Shown: in pieces, positions 18,341 through 29,148 of the stretch
How positions within the stretch are numbered: the first letter of the stretch is position 1
Layout: each line of letters starts with the position of its first letter
Source: Candidatus Poribacteria bacterium
GTDB lineage: Bacteria; Poribacteria; WGA-4E; PCPOR2b
Length of the DNA stretch: 64,000 nucleotides
NCBI GenBank assembly: GCA_965215015.1
Contig: OZ244042.1
Coordinates: 384,001-448,000, forward strand
Direction of reading: 5' to 3'
The notes under the pieces: generated by a model
Seen by the model: only the letters and a program-made list of their open reading frames with translations
Told to the model about the DNA's origin: nothing
Database searches by the model: none
Made by a program: the position numbers and the translations under genes

Positions 18341-19021
18341 ATGCAAATCAATTTTCAGGAAGTAATAGATCTCTCTTACACAGTTGATGAGAACAGCCCG
18401 CGTGAGCTTCCGATTGACCCTGTCAAAATCTACGATACAGCAACAATCGAAAAGGATGGCTACTTTGAAAGCCGGGTCGATTTATCCGGGCATTGTGCTA
18501 CGCATATTGACGCACCTTGCCTGATGTACGCCGATGGATTCACCGTCGCTGAGATTCCGCAGGACAAATTAACCGGGCCCGCCGTGCTGATAGATTTATC
18601 AGATGTCAAGCAGCCGGGCGAGGCCGTGACGCCGGAAGACATCGAAAAGTGGATTGCCGAAAATGGCGATATTCCTCCAGACAGCATCGTTTTTATGCGG
18701 ACCGGCATGGATCGGTATGCGTACCAAGATAGTTTCAATCGGCAATGGATTGGTTTCAGCGAAGACGCAGCGAGGCTGCTCGTTCAGAAAGGCATCAAGA
18801 CAATTGGGACCGACGCCTGCAGCATCGACTCAATGGCTGGACACCCCCCACAGCACGATGGATTGCCACCCGCCCATCTCGTTTTCCTTGGTACTGGCAT
18901 TCCGCAGGTGGAAGATCTCTGTAATCTGAGCCAACTGCCGACGCACTTTCACGTAGCGATTGCACCGATGAAATTAGCACGGAGTTCCGGTGCCCCGACG
19001 CGCGTCTTTGCATTTGTATGA
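18341..19021 (+). CDS. Cyclase-family protein (kynurenine formamidase KynB-like)
   Basis: IDLS, HCATHIDAP, RTG, IGTDACSID, H...EDL, APM...GAPTRVFA. Confidence 0.88.
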   Translation: MQINFQEVIDLSYTVDENSPRELPIDPVKIYDTATIEKDGYFESRVDLSGHCATHIDAPCLMYADGFTVAEIPQDKLTGPAVLIDLSDVKQPGEAVTPEDIEKWIAENGDIPPDSIVFMRTGMDRYAYQDSFNRQWIGFSEDAARLLVQKGIKTIGTDACSIDSMAGHPPQHDGLPPAHLVFLGTGIPQVEDLCNLSQLPTHFHVAIAPMKLARSSGAPTRVFAFV

Positions 19022-19057
19022 GTGTAACTGTTCACCTGAAACGGGTAAAGTAGACAC

Positions 19058-19915
19058 ATGAAAACTCAGACAGGCAGCGTTGGGTTGGAAGAAGCAGATC
19101 GGCAGACATACCGCGATCAAGGTTTTTGGATTGGTCCCCAGTTATTTGACGCTACAGCGGTGGAGGAGCTGCGCGATGCGGTCTATCGTACCATCCGCGG
19201 TGAACGAGATTTCGATTCAATGCACTGGGGACAGCCACCGAAATTTGATTCGCAGAGTCCGAGATTGGTACATGTGGTCAACGGTTGGTGGGTGAATGCC
19301 AAAATCCGCGAATTGATCCGTTCCAACGAGATCGGTTACCTTGCTTCCCAACTGATGGAGACGGGGGAGGTCCGTTTGGTGCACGACCAAATCCTCTACA
19401 AACCGGGGATCGGTTCCGAGCGGGGGAAAGTTCCGGATGGTAACGTTGGGTGGCATCAGGATGCCGCTCACTGGACCATGTTCAACTCGACCACCTTCTG
19501 CACAGCTTGGGTTGCCCTACAGGACACCGACCTTTCCAATGGAAGCATGTGTTTTGTTGAAGGGTCACATAAATGGGGACGGATCAAAGACGCCGCCGGT
19601 TTTGCGAATAAGGAGCTACACGCTCTAGCAAAAAGGTTTTCTCAAGGTGACCGGCGGTGGGTGGAAAAACCGTGCGTTCTCAAGGCGGGTCAGGTTAGCT
19701 TCCACACGGGCCTGACCTTTCACGGTTCGGGTCCCAATCGGACGGAGGCACCGCGTCTCTCGATTGCGCTCAACATGATGCCCGGCGGAACAACTTATAA
19801 CAAGCATGGTAGAGATAATCTGATTGGTGCCCAACTCGGACCCTATGTGAAGCACGGGGACCCATGCACAGATCCCTTCTTCCCAAGAATTTGGCCTCCG
19901 AACCGTGCAGATTGA
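19058..19915 (+). CDS. PhyH-family dioxygenase
   Basis: GWHQD, TAWVALQD, GSHKWG, FHGSGPN...R. Confidence 0.92.
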   Translation: MKTQTGSVGLEEADRQTYRDQGFWIGPQLFDATAVEELRDAVYRTIRGERDFDSMHWGQPPKFDSQSPRLVHVVNGWWVNAKIRELIRSNEIGYLASQLMETGEVRLVHDQILYKPGIGSERGKVPDGNVGWHQDAAHWTMFNSTTFCTAWVALQDTDLSNGSMCFVEGSHKWGRIKDAAGFANKELHALAKRFSQGDRRWVEKPCVLKAGQVSFHTGLTFHGSGPNRTEAPRLSIALNMMPGGTTYNKHGRDNLIGAQLGPYVKHGDPCTDPFFPRIWPPNRAD

Positions 19916-19942
19916 TTGACCTTGGGGGCTAGTTGATGCTGT

Positions 19943-19977
19943 TAGGATTTACGCAGTTGAACGTTCAAACCCTCGTA
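19943..19977. repeat. End of a family B element, inverted orientation
   Basis: TAGGATTTACGCAGTTGAACGTTCAAACCCTCGTA matches the reverse complement of about 8555-8588. Confidence 0.7.
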
Positions 19978-20197
19978 GTTCGGTGATGAGTTCCCAACAT
20001 CGGAAGGAGAGCACTGCAAAAGGCCAAGAGTTGTTTTAAAAAATCGATATTCGGAGATTGTTCCTACCTCAACCGTTACCCTCGTCATGATGTACACATT
20101 AGCAAGCACATATACCGCGTATTTTACAGTGCACCTATCGCGGACCTTCCCTCCCAACGTCGTAAGTTTGACGGGCTTTTAGAAACTGTAGCCGATC

Positions 20198-21088
20198 CTA
20201 CTGAATCAATTCCGCTTTTATCCCATCAAGCGGTATATCGAGCAAATCTTCTCCAAAGATAATATGACCCTCAAAAATCTGCCCGGCCTCATACAACAAA
20301 CGTTCACGTATCCCAGGGCGTGAAACCTGCTCCGTTAGGTGAACCAGAACCAGCACGCTGACTTGGGTATCACGCGCTGTGCGCGCCGCGTCCAGATGCC
20401 CCGAACAACAACCCGTCAATCTGGAATCTGTGACAACCCCATTTATAAAGTGACACATGTGCACCAGCACATCAGCACCCGCTGCGAGTTCGGTGAGTTT
20501 CGCTGTTGGTGCCGTATCACCACCAAAGACGATGGAACGTTCATGTGTCTCCAAGCGGTAGGCAAGACAGGTGAGTTGAGGTTGGCAGTGGATAACCTCT
20601 GCGGCTTTTATACGCCAATCCGTACACTCCACTACGGTGCCGTCAGCGACCTCAGTCACCGTTGGGCGTGGTCGCTCGCGTGGCAATACGCCGCCCCGCT
20701 TTTCATAGATGAAATGGCTGCCGGGATGTTCAGTTCTTGCTGCCAGATCCGGTCCGAAGACACCGCGTGCGTCGAAGAGCAGTTGGGTCATCCTTTCTGT
20801 GTTCGGAGGGCCATACACACTTAGCTCTGGAATTTTGCCGCCACCCTGGTCCCAGCGCGACAACACCAGATAGCCATAGTCGACACAGTGGTCGTAATGT
20901 AGATGGGTTAAAAATAAGTGCGCGATACGGGTTGGTGGGACGCCTTTTTCCAGTAGCCGTCGCACACAACCCGGGCCGCAATCAAAGAGAAACATCTCCT
21001 CACCGAGGGAGACCAAGTAACTGGAACCCGCACGATGGAGGAGGGGCGTTGGCGTACCGGTTCCGAGAAGGGTCAAACGGATTGACAT
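20198..21088 (-). CDS. MBL-fold metallo-hydrolase, RNase Z/AtsA-like
   Basis: LLGTGTP, FDCGPG, THLHYDH, GDT, LVLVH. Confidence 0.88.
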   Translation of the reverse strand: MSIRLTLLGTGTPTPLLHRAGSSYLVSLGEEMFLFDCGPGCVRRLLEKGVPPTRIAHLFLTHLHYDHCVDYGYLVLSRWDQGGGKIPELSVYGPPNTERMTQLLFDARGVFGPDLAARTEHPGSHFIYEKRGGVLPRERPRPTVTEVADGTVVECTDWRIKAAEVIHCQPQLTCLAYRLETHERSIVFGGDTAPTAKLTELAAGADVLVHMCHFINGVVTDSRLTGCCSGHLDAARTARDTQVSVLVLVHLTEQVSRPGIRERLLYEAGQIFEGHIIFGEDLLDIPLDGIKAELIQ

Positions 21089-21230
21089 GGGGAGTTACTC
21101 CTCCGAATCAGGGGTATTTGTATCATTTGCTGAACGGTTAAATGCTTCACAACCGGTGAATACCATTGCTCTTGATGTTACCATGTTCTATTCTGAGCTT
21201 CAACCGCTTTTTTTCAATTAGGAGAGATTT

Positions 21231-22376
21231 ATGATTACCATCACTCGGCTTTCATCACCCCCTAAACATCACTTCTATGGGTACTATGGCATTGAAGCAT
21301 GGGATCCATCACTCCGATACCATCTGTCGCTCGAAACGAATTTCCACGAACATCGACCGGCTGTTGAGGATGTCGCATTGGTGGGAGTGATTGACAGAGA
21401 AACCCGGGCGTTTATTCCATACGCATCCACCAACGCCTTCAATCTACAGCAGGGAAGTATGATGCACTGGATTGATGTAGGTTTTGGGGACGAATTCACG
21501 TTTAACGATTGGGAAAACGAGGAGTTGGTTTCGAGGGCAATTAACCTCCAGACGAGAGAAGCCCGAACCATTCATGGTGCGATTGCTGCGCTCTCACCGA
21601 CTCAACCGGTTGCAATTGGATTGAATTTTGCCCGTATGGCGCACTGCCGCGCTGTTGTTGGATATGCAAACGAGATGAATTCAGACAGTTTGCAGCCGTA
21701 TCCAGCAGACGATGGTTTATTCCTGCTGGATTTAAGAGATGGGAACTCAAATCTGATTTTATCCATCGCTGATGTCATTAGAAAAAGTCAAGATACAAAC
21801 ATACCAGACGGATTGGCTTGGTTTAATCATGTCCTCTTTAACACTGATGGGACGCGTGTTCTGTTTTTCTGCCGTATCAGACACAGGGATGGTTTTTTGT
21901 CATCGCTCTGGACGGTGAAGCCTGATGGTTCAAATCTAGCCTGTCAAATTCCATTTGGAAATAAAGTTTCCCACTTTTATTGGCGGAACAAACGCAGCAT
22001 CTTAATCTCCAGTGACGTAACAGGGAAGATGCAGTTTTTGGAATTTACGGATGGCAAGGGAGATTTTAAGCCGTTCGGAGCGGGGATCCTTCCGCAGGAC
22101 AGTCATGCGAGTTTTTCACCGGATAGAAATTGGGTTGTATGTGACACTTACCCGAAAAACCCACAACGTCTCGCAGAACTAATGCTTTATGACATCAAAC
22201 GAGAAAAAAAGATTGTACTGGGGCAGTTTTATTCAGAAGAGATTTTCACAGGAGACATTCGATGTGACTTACATCCACGCTGGTCGTCTGATGGTAGGTT
22301 GATAACGTTCGATTCGGTGCATGAAGGCTCGCGACAGATCTATCTGGTGAATGTAGAGGAGATTATATCGAATTGA
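21231..22376 (+). CDS. TolB/oligogalacturonate-lyase-like beta-propeller protein
   Basis: HHFYGYY, NLQQG, FNHVLFNTDG, HASFSPD, RCDLHPRWSSDG. Confidence 0.75.
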   Translation: MITITRLSSPPKHHFYGYYGIEAWDPSLRYHLSLETNFHEHRPAVEDVALVGVIDRETRAFIPYASTNAFNLQQGSMMHWIDVGFGDEFTFNDWENEELVSRAINLQTREARTIHGAIAALSPTQPVAIGLNFARMAHCRAVVGYANEMNSDSLQPYPADDGLFLLDLRDGNSNLILSIADVIRKSQDTNIPDGLAWFNHVLFNTDGTRVLFFCRIRHRDGFLSSLWTVKPDGSNLACQIPFGNKVSHFYWRNKRSILISSDVTGKMQFLEFTDGKGDFKPFGAGILPQDSHASFSPDRNWVVCDTYPKNPQRLAELMLYDIKREKKIVLGQFYSEEIFTGDIRCDLHPRWSSDGRLITFDSVHEGSRQIYLVNVEEIISN

Positions 22377-22403
22377 GGACATGCCTCACTAAACAACCGG
22401 ATG

Positions 22404-22447
22404 AGGAGTTACGCACTTGAGTGTGTAGTAACGTCATTCAGCCCGCG
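22404..22447. repeat. Degenerate family B left end
   Basis: AGGAGTTACGCACTTGAGTGTGTAGT...CCCGCG. Confidence 0.6.
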
Positions 22448-22459
22448 CATCGTTTTTTG

Positions 22460-22487
22460 TTGACACTTTCTGCTACGTGGTTATAAT
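22460..22487 (+). promoter_or_regulatory. Sigma70-type promoter
   Basis: TTGACA, 16 bp, TATAAT upstream of the NRAMP-like gene. Confidence 0.65.
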
Positions 22488-22686
22488 GTTGGCACGTCCA
22501 ATTCGTCAAGCAAGAAACTTTATCACTATAGCGAATTGGCTTAAAACTGGGTCGGCCCGCAATCTAACAGATTGTATTGAAGAAACAAGACCCGTGCGCC
22601 GATAAGAAGCGGTTCATTAATTTCACTGGGATACCGGAGGAAATTTATCCGGACTATTTTTTTGCCCTAACGAGCTAGGAAAAACT

Positions 22687-24183
22687 ATGGAGGAAAAACA
22701 AACAATTGATGAAAATCAGGAGGAAATAGGCACCGTCCAAATTCCACCTCCTACTGGGGTTTTTACTCAACCCTGGTCGATCCGGAAACTACGCGGTTTA
22801 CTTGCGGTCTTTGGGCCCGCCGCGATTGTGGCATCGGTCAGCATCGGTGCTGGCGAAACAATTGTCGTCGTTCGTACAGGGGCTTGGGCTAGCTATGATC
22901 TCATGTGGCTCGTGCTTTTAAGCTGCGTTGTTAAAGGCGTTTTTCTTACCTACCTGCTCGGACGTTACACCGCTGTCAGTGGTGAATATCTTGGACATCG
23001 TCTGGTGCGGCTGCCCGGACCACGCGGCTGGTTGTTGCTTATGATTATGATGGCCGAATTAATCGGCGGTCCAATGGCTTGGGTGCCGATTGCGAAACCG
23101 TGTGCGGATCTATTTCATTTTTTACTTAACGGATTTCCCGAATCCATCCCTGAACCGATTTGGGAAAACATCTTCACCTCTGCCTTCATTGGCCTTGCTT
23201 TGCTACTCAGCCTGAAGCTTTCATATAACAGATTGGAGAAGCAGCAAATCATCATCTGCTTAATCCTTGTTACTGGAACAATTATCGGAACCCTGATGGT
23301 GCGTCCAAATCTCTGGGAGTCCTTCATCGGAAGTGTAAATGTTGGACACTTGCCATCGTTTCCGGAGTGGACACCTGAAGATGCGCGTCAGAATCCGCTG
23401 TTGACGATGGCGACAACGTTTGCTTACGTTGGTGGCGGGGCGATGGGTTACATCGTCTACGCCAACTGGATTGGACTGCACCGCTGGGGATTGACAGGGC
23501 ATCAAAATATTAACGCCATCCGCGCCTACGCTTTCAAGCACGATGCGATTGACTACCTGCCCAACGCACCTGAACAGGTCAGCCGATTACGACAACTGGT
23601 CGCACCGTTACGGTGGGATGCCGGCATGGGTGCAACGGTTCTGTTCATTGTAACGGGGGCATTTATGATATCTGGTGCCGCTGTTTTGTATCCGCTGCAA
23701 AGCCGATTTGAAGGATGGGGCTTACTCACCGAGCAAGCTCATGTTTGGAGTAATATCCACCCTTCGTTGGTCTGGGTCTACTACGTTTGTATCATCGCCG
23801 CACTTTGGGGAACGCTACAAGCCGTACCCGAAATCCTTACCCGTGTGTCGCAGGAATTTTTAGAGGCACTGTGGCCATCTCGCGAATGGCCTTACTTTAA
23901 AGTCCAGCGTTTCATCTGTTCCTATTTTTTTATTACTACCTTTATTATCATTTGGTACGATATAAAGTTTGATATTCTTACACAAATTGCGGGCGGCTTA
24001 GGAAACTTCACAGTTTCATTTATGATGGTTCTTGCGTTGTACTTAAACTCCAAACTCCCCCGCCCCTATCGGACGAACCGTGTGATGTTGATCGGCGGAA
24101 CTATATCTGCGCTGATTCAGATCGCTTTTGCAGGGGTTGGTACTTGGAGCTTAGGCGGTAAACTCTTCGGTGGTGGACAGTAG
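22687..24183 (+). CDS. NRAMP-superfamily (YcsG-like) membrane transporter
   Basis: FGPAAIVASVSIGAGE TM1 motif, GRYTAVSGE, about 11 hydrophobic segments. Confidence 0.8.
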   Translation: MEEKQTIDENQEEIGTVQIPPPTGVFTQPWSIRKLRGLLAVFGPAAIVASVSIGAGETIVVVRTGAWASYDLMWLVLLSCVVKGVFLTYLLGRYTAVSGEYLGHRLVRLPGPRGWLLLMIMMAELIGGPMAWVPIAKPCADLFHFLLNGFPESIPEPIWENIFTSAFIGLALLLSLKLSYNRLEKQQIIICLILVTGTIIGTLMVRPNLWESFIGSVNVGHLPSFPEWTPEDARQNPLLTMATTFAYVGGGAMGYIVYANWIGLHRWGLTGHQNINAIRAYAFKHDAIDYLPNAPEQVSRLRQLVAPLRWDAGMGATVLFIVTGAFMISGAAVLYPLQSRFEGWGLLTEQAHVWSNIHPSLVWVYYVCIIAALWGTLQAVPEILTRVSQEFLEALWPSREWPYFKVQRFICSYFFITTFIIIWYDIKFDILTQIAGGLGNFTVSFMMVLALYLNSKLPRPYRTNRVMLIGGTISALIQIAFAGVGTWSLGGKLFGGGQ

Positions 24184-24320
24184 TACGCTGTCAAATCCAT
24201 GACGACTCTGACCAAGTTAGGGCACCGACTCTCAACGATGTGCCGTGGACGCGCTAATCCACGGCGAGCAGCCTTTCAAGGGCTATGAACAGGTCCCTAT
24301 AGGATAATCCTCAACGTTTA

Positions 24321-25601
24321 ATGGCAAATATTTCACGACTGGCGATGCGTGGGGGGCACTCCTTGCGTACTTTCGAGGCTTTCGGCAATCGAAGCTACCG
24401 GTTGCTTTGGCCTGCGAACTTCCTCGCCTACATCTGCCGGTGGATGCAGCTGACGCTGCTTGGCTGGCTGGTTTTGGAGTTGACCGACTCACCATTTTTG
24501 GTGGCTCTGGTCGGTTTCTTCGGGATGCTGCCGCTGCTGATACTTGGCATGGTAGGCGGTGTATTGGCTGACAGGGTAAATAAGCACCGAGTCCTCATCA
24601 TGACGCAGGTAGTAAGCTGCGTTGCTGCCTTTGCAATGGTACTGCTGCTCAAGACAGGAGCAATACGGTTCTGGCACGCCTACGTCGTGATGGGGTGCAC
24701 CGGCATCGGATGGGCACTGGATATGCCATCTCGGCGTTCAGCCATACACGACCTTGTGGGCAGAGCAAAAGTGACCAACGCTATCGCGATGGACTCAGTG
24801 GGTATGCAGGGAAGCCGCATGATCGGTCCGGCGTTGGCGGGTGCGCTGATAACGACGGTTGACATGGTGGGAGGATACATCGTTGTCAGTGCAATCTACG
24901 TTGTAGCGATCGTCCTAATCTCAGCGGTAAGCCTGCCGCCCGCCGACCGGAGTCGTCTTGGGTTGTCCAACGTCTTTGGTAACTTGGCGGCGGGTTTCCA
25001 GTACGTAAGGCGCGACAATCCACTAGTAGCAACGGTGCTTGTCACCGTCCTGATGAATTTGTTGCTCTTTCCCTACGCGCAGATGATTCCGGTTATCGCT
25101 CGCGATGTCCTTTCGATTGGACCAGGGCTGATGGGCACCCTCCTCGGTGCTGAGGGGTTAGGCGCGCTTTTTGGCGCGATCACTGTTGCTTCGATAGGGG
25201 CTATCCGCTTCCATGGACGGTTGTATATCGGTGGGTCAATGCTTGGGTTAATTATGCTCTTATGTTTCTCGATGGTGCGGTGGTACTACCTTGCCCTTCC
25301 GGTTCTATTCGTTCTGGGGTTCGGGACATCCGGTTTCTCAACAATGCAATCAACCCTTGTGATGCTGCGAGCGAGGGAGGAGATGCGGGGACGGGCACTA
25401 GGCGTCATTAGCCTCGCTATCGGTGCCGGTCCGCTGGGGGCACTTATGATTGGCACTATCGCATCAATGAGCAGCACACCGTTTGCCATCGGAGTTGACG
25501 CGGTATTGGGAATTGTGTTGCTTTCTGCTGTAGCACTATTGATGCCGTCACTATGGCGACAACCAATGGCTTCAGACGAGCAGGCTCCCAAGGTTGATTG
25601 A
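24321..25601 (+). CDS. MFS transporter (MFS_3/EntS-like)
   Basis: GGVLADRVNK motif A, IGPALAG, EEMRGRALG; about 12 TM segments. Confidence 0.9.
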   Translation: MANISRLAMRGGHSLRTFEAFGNRSYRLLWPANFLAYICRWMQLTLLGWLVLELTDSPFLVALVGFFGMLPLLILGMVGGVLADRVNKHRVLIMTQVVSCVAAFAMVLLLKTGAIRFWHAYVVMGCTGIGWALDMPSRRSAIHDLVGRAKVTNAIAMDSVGMQGSRMIGPALAGALITTVDMVGGYIVVSAIYVVAIVLISAVSLPPADRSRLGLSNVFGNLAAGFQYVRRDNPLVATVLVTVLMNLLLFPYAQMIPVIARDVLSIGPGLMGTLLGAEGLGALFGAITVASIGAIRFHGRLYIGGSMLGLIMLLCFSMVRWYYLALPVLFVLGFGTSGFSTMQSTLVMLRAREEMRGRALGVISLAIGAGPLGALMIGTIASMSSTPFAIGVDAVLGIVLLSAVALLMPSLWRQPMASDEQAPKVD

Positions 25602-25619
25602 TAACACAATCCGGGATTA

Positions 25620-27275
25620 CTACGAGAAGGGACGCCTGTATGAAAAGGTGGTTTCTTCGCTGGTAATAAATTCGAGTAGTGCTGCTTGTCCATCCTCGGT
25701 GGCTTCCCGAGCGCGCAGGATTGCCGGACCGACATCTACAGGGGCCTCTATCCGCTCCGCCCATCCGCCCATAGCTAGTGCCATATCAGCATAGTTTCCG
25801 CTAATGTCCCGCGTCCCGTATAGTTCATGGGATCTCGCCATGTGTGTTGTCTCTATAGCCATGGTGGAGTTGTTCAGCACTATAGTGAGAATCGGTATAT
25901 TATTTCGGGTAGCTGTCTCGAAGTCCAACCCCGTCATCCCGAATGCAGCATCACCCATGAAGTTAACCACGAATTTGTCGGGCGCGGCGAGTTTCGCCCC
26001 AATGTTGAGTCCAAGTCCGGTTCCAAGGCCGTGCGACTTACCCCAACCTAAGTAAGTTCGGGGACCTCCCGATTGATAGAACGGCATAAGTTGGTCGCGG
26101 GGACTTCCAGAGTCATGGGTGACGATGGCTTCCGCCGCATTCACATTGTTCATGAACTCCCAGATGACGCGGTAGGGGGTGATCGGAACCTCGTCCGATG
26201 TGAGTTTGGGGATCCACTCCTTTAACCACGCTTGCCTAATAGATACGATATCTTCCATAACTTTACTATCGTCTTGGTTAGTGCTTGGGCTTTGGAGGTC
26301 TTTGCAAACCTCTATGAACTGCTGTAGCACCCGCTTGGCGTCCCCGAGGACGGGATAGTCAATGTAGTAGTCTTTATCTATATCTATCGGGTCATTTGTT
26401 GCGTGGATAAAGACCTTACCCGAAGGAATGGTCGTGGTCATGCCGTGCTTTGTGAAGGAAGTACCGACCCCGAATACCACATCGGCCCGACTCAGGAAGT
26501 GATAAACGCAGCCGTTCATAACGCTTGAGCCACTTCCCAGAGCCAACGGGTGCTTTTCGGGAAAGGCACTTTTGCCCGCCAGCGTCGTCATGACGGGCAC
26601 CTGTAGCAGCTCCGCTAGCTCTACCAACTCCTCAGTGGCGTCCGCATATAGCACTCCCTGTCCGGCATGGATGATGGGGGCTTTTGCATTGAGCAGCACA
26701 TTGGCTGCAGAAAGAACATCTTGAGAGTCAGCTTTTGAAAGCGCGGCTTTGACGGGCTTATAACTTTCAGGGATCGAGGCAGCCACCTCTGCATCCGCGA
26801 TGTCGGTAGGGATCTCAACCATGACGGGCCCCGGGCGCCCCATCTTGAGCCTAGCGAATGCACGGCGCATTGTCTCGCCAATTTGCGAAGCGGTGCTGAT
26901 CTGCTCGACGGACTTGGTGACGTCTGAAAAGCTGCGCACCGAGCTAAAAAGAGGAAATACGCCATCACGCGCTCTAGGATGGCCCAACGGGAGCAATAAC
27001 ATGGGCACAGCGTCTGAGTAGGCGGTGGCGACGCCTGCGAAGGCATTTTCGGCACCAGGGCCGTTCTGCATGGCAAACACACCCGGCGGGTTGCCGTTAG
27101 TAACCCGCGCGTAGCCGTCCGCGATACCGACCCCAACCCGTTCCTGACGACAGATGATTGGTCGTATACCAACCTCGGCAGCAGACTCAATCAGAGCGGT
27201 TGTGGGGTAGGCACTTAGATACGCAACGCCCTCCTTTTTAAGGATATGCACTATGGCGTCAAGGACTTTCACCAA
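25620..27275 (-). CDS. Thiamine pyrophosphate-dependent enzyme (acetolactate synthase-like)
   Basis: RQERVGVGIADGYAR, GPG, GRPGPV; TPP motif GDAAFGM...LNN. Confidence 0.92.
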   Translation of the reverse strand: MVKVLDAIVHILKKEGVAYLSAYPTTALIESAAEVGIRPIICRQERVGVGIADGYARVTNGNPPGVFAMQNGPGAENAFAGVATAYSDAVPMLLLPLGHPRARDGVFPLFSSVRSFSDVTKSVEQISTASQIGETMRRAFARLKMGRPGPVMVEIPTDIADAEVAASIPESYKPVKAALSKADSQDVLSAANVLLNAKAPIIHAGQGVLYADATEELVELAELLQVPVMTTLAGKSAFPEKHPLALGSGSSVMNGCVYHFLSRADVVFGVGTSFTKHGMTTTIPSGKVFIHATNDPIDIDKDYYIDYPVLGDAKRVLQQFIEVCKDLQSPSTNQDDSKVMEDIVSIRQAWLKEWIPKLTSDEVPITPYRVIWEFMNNVNAAEAIVTHDSGSPRDQLMPFYQSGGPRTYLGWGKSHGLGTGLGLNIGAKLAAPDKFVVNFMGDAAFGMTGLDFETATRNNIPILTIVLNNSTMAIETTHMARSHELYGTRDISGNYADMALAMGGWAERIEAPVDVGPAILRAREATEDGQAALLEFITSEETTFSYRRPFS

Positions 27276-27398
27276 CCATCCTCCCTGAGCATCTTGGCAC
27301 TCAGTTGTGAGGGAAAGCGAGGCCGTGAGGGGCGGAGATTCTTTTCTGGCTTCCCCGCTCCCTCGCCCCCTTACACTCTTACTCTCATGTACTTATGC

Positions 27399-28388
27399 TC
27401 AAGCACAACGAGGATCATCCGTCTGCCAGCGATGGAAGGTAGGATTTTCACCTTCGGAGAGTTTGCGTCGCGTCTCATACCACAGATTTGCCCATTCCTC
27501 AGGATCGTGTAATTCACTCTCCGGATTGGACCGGCTGCGCGCAACAAAGCCCGGAAACGCACTGCGCCCGGTTGGCTGACCTGTCGGGTTATAGCGCAGA
27601 TCAAAGCTCCAGCGAATATTGTCGCTGTTATTCGGCAGCGAGCTATGGCAGTTGAGACGGTGGAAAAATAGGACGCCTCCGCGTTTGAGAGGGATTGGCA
27701 CGCTATCTTCGGCACGCAGAAATTTGCCCGGAATGTGGCGACCAAATCCTCTTGACATGTCGGTGCTCGTGATGCAGTGCTGAAGCAATCCTTCACGGTG
27801 GCTTTTGGGGATAACTTCGAGGCAACCGTTTTCAATAGTAGCATCCCATAAGCCGAACCAAACCGTTAGCATATCGGTTTCATCTGCTTCTTCCGTGACA
27901 ACCCCGTTATCTTGATGCCATGGAGTTGCCCCTATCTGGACACGCCCTGTATCTTCGTTGACGGGACAGAGGTGCTCCGGAGGCTTCAGGCGTACATGCT
28001 GCACCGGGTTTGAGTAAATTTCGGGACCGATCAACGATTCGATAGCGTCGAGAAGTTTCTCGTTACGGAGAAGGTGAAAAACCTGCGGTCCAACCCACAT
28101 CGGCGTATCCGGCTGCACATTCTGCTGGGGCAACGAAAAATCGAAATACTGTGCATGCACCCTGCCAGATTCAGCGTAAATTTTCGTCAGTCGATCGCCA
28201 AACGGCAGATCATCATACGTCGAAGCTATCTCACCCTCCGCATATAAATCTTGGGCGAGTTGATCCAAAACATCTCCGTATTCTTCAATGACTGGATCCA
28301 GGTCCTGTTCAGGGGCCAGCACGTCTTCAACGACTAGATACCCCTCTTCCTTAAAGTGTGCCACTTGGGCTTCGGTGAGATGTGCCAT
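27399..28388 (-). CDS. PhyH-family dioxygenase
   Basis: PWHQD, NGCLEVIPKSH, HSSLPN...RWSFDLRY. Start ATG 28388 after GAAGG. Confidence 0.92.
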   Translation of the reverse strand: MAHLTEAQVAHFKEEGYLVVEDVLAPEQDLDPVIEEYGDVLDQLAQDLYAEGEIASTYDDLPFGDRLTKIYAESGRVHAQYFDFSLPQQNVQPDTPMWVGPQVFHLLRNEKLLDAIESLIGPEIYSNPVQHVRLKPPEHLCPVNEDTGRVQIGATPWHQDNGVVTEEADETDMLTVWFGLWDATIENGCLEVIPKSHREGLLQHCITSTDMSRGFGRHIPGKFLRAEDSVPIPLKRGGVLFFHRLNCHSSLPNNSDNIRWSFDLRYNPTGQPTGRSAFPGFVARSRSNPESELHDPEEWANLWYETRRKLSEGENPTFHRWQTDDPRCA

Positions 28389-28582
28389 CTTGTTACCTTC
28401 CTTTGTGTAGATTGTATTCAATTACTTCCGATAGGACAGGTTAATGGAAGCAAACCGCTCTTACTGTAATTATAACAAAATTCTGGCAAGTTGAAAACCT
28501 AAAAAATTAACAGGGATAAAACGGAGTGCCAAACGAATTACAAGTGATGCCGTGACTGTGTTATACCCCTGACGAAAAGGTG

Positions 28583-28611
28583 TTGACCGGTTGCTTGGAT
28601 TGTGCTATAAT
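28583..28611 (+). promoter_or_regulatory. Sigma70-type promoter with extended -10
   Basis: TTGACC, 17 bp, TATAAT preceded by TG. Confidence 0.6.
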
Positions 28612-28723
28612 AGCGAGCAAGTTAATAAAGCACCAAGAATGCTTTGTAAAGAGTGTTACACTTCAAAAGCGTTCAAGGCACCTCCGACTTACACCACCTG
28701 ACGATATACCCTCTTATCAGGAA

Positions 28724-29112
28724 ATGTTGTCTAGAAAAATAAAAATCTACGAGGGAAAGAATTATCGGTTTTACAATACGTCGTGTTTCGATCTCTCTCA
28801 TTGTGCCAATGAATCCATTTCATTGACTGCCACCTCCCCTCCCTATTGGAATACTATCGATTACGATACACATGTCAATAACGATAACGCTTGGTATATT
28901 AGGACAGTATGATGGTTTCGGTACGACTTATACTAGGGGACTATCCAATCTTAGGCAGTGGGCAAACAGCGCGAGGGGCTTTAAGGTTCAATCACAAATG
29001 TGTGGGCTACGATACCAAGTATCTAGATTTAGCCCACGAGCGACTATATGAAGCACCACAGTACAAGTATCCACTACTACCCAAGATGGAGAGACAAGAG
29101 GTCATATTATAA
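28724..29112 (+). pseudogene. Internally deleted and frameshifted N4/N6 DNA methyltransferase (beta class)
   Basis: ESISLTATSPPYW (motif IV) in one frame; decayed motif I DYPILGSGQTARGA...VGYD in another frame only about 100 bp later. Left boundary approximate. Confidence 0.7.
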
Positions 29113-29148
29113 GCTTCAATATAGATAGATAAGCTTCAATATAGATAG
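29109..29148. repeat. 20-bp tandem duplication at the end of a family B element
   Basis: ATAAGCTTCAATATAGATAG twice. Confidence 0.9.
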
